Below are positions 63,461 to 64,000 of a stretch of DNA of 64,000 nucleotides, piece after piece. A program made the position numbers and the translations under genes. The stretch is taken from assembly GCA_039621445.1 (NCBI GenBank), contig CP154954.1:49889847-49953846 (forward strand), read 5' to 3'. The stretch is from Euglena gracilis. Taxonomy: Eukaryota. Position 1 is the stretch's first letter. The number at the start of each line of letters is the position of its first letter. The notes beneath the pieces are model-generated. The model searched no databases, was not told the DNA's origin, and saw only the letters and a program-made list of their open reading frames with translations.

Positions 63461-64000
63461 CCGACGATGTGGCGCTTCATGAGCACGCTTCCGCACACCC
63501 CGGTCAAAGCTCAGCCACGTCCACCCCTTTTGTCCAGAACCGGGAAAGATGGGTTAGAATGAGCAAGAACCAGGTGCTGAGATGGTGGAGGGGGATAAGG
63601 ACCAGGCTGCTTCTATGTTGCTTGTTGAGAGCCAGGTGCTCAGAGAGGGAGGGGGCAACGCGACTAAAGGAAGAATCTGGCAATTTCGTCAAAGAAAGAA
63701 AAAATCCTTCAGCGCTGTTCGACTTGAAGGCACCAAGATATTAAAAGCACCCTCCCTTGTTTGAGCACCGGAAAAGAAAGGAAAAGACAAAAGGCAGAGA
63801 TTATTTCGCCAAAATATGGGTCAGAACCAAGAAGGTGCTGCTTAGACAAGGGTGAAAAGCTGACTGCGAAAAAAATCAGGCTTTTTTGCAGTCAACGCTT
63901 TTTCGTTGGGGGGGTCCACCAAGGTTGTATGGGAACCTTGGAGGGGGGGTGGGGGGACCCCCTTCCAAAACTGGGGGGGGGGAATTCCCCTCCTACCTCC

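Overview
Eukaryotic, repeat-saturated DNA; intron architecture points to a euglenid (Euglena-like) nuclear genome (inference). None of the supplied long ORFs is a real gene. The window holds a minus-strand tandem array of four intron-rich paralogs (about 14-17 kb apart), each encoding a Pro-rich protein with two CCCH zinc fingers (CLDYLKGRC..CRFPH and CEVWAMTGQCKFGGKCSKLH), plus a possible 3' remnant of a fifth. Comparing paralogs gives filled and empty sites. Several paralog-specific introns inside conserved exons are non-GT-AG elements with terminal inverted repeats (CAG/CAA/CAT/CAC...CTG/TTG/ATG/GTG) flanked by 8-bp target-site duplications. Removing the element plus 3 nt of the upstream TSD and 5 nt of the downstream TSD restores the frame exactly. 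That is the +4..+6/-8..-6 pairing geometry of euglenid nonconventional introns, so hAT-like MITEs appear to be caught in the act of becoming introns. Introns and spacers are nested stacks of 8-bp-TSD (hAT-like), TA-TSD (Tc1/mariner-pogo-like) and 9-bp-TSD (Mutator-like) non-autonomous elements, decayed hAT transposase fragments, a dynamin gene fragment and microsatellites. Homopolymer lengths may contain sequencing error; several exon borders are approximate and no transcript evidence is available.
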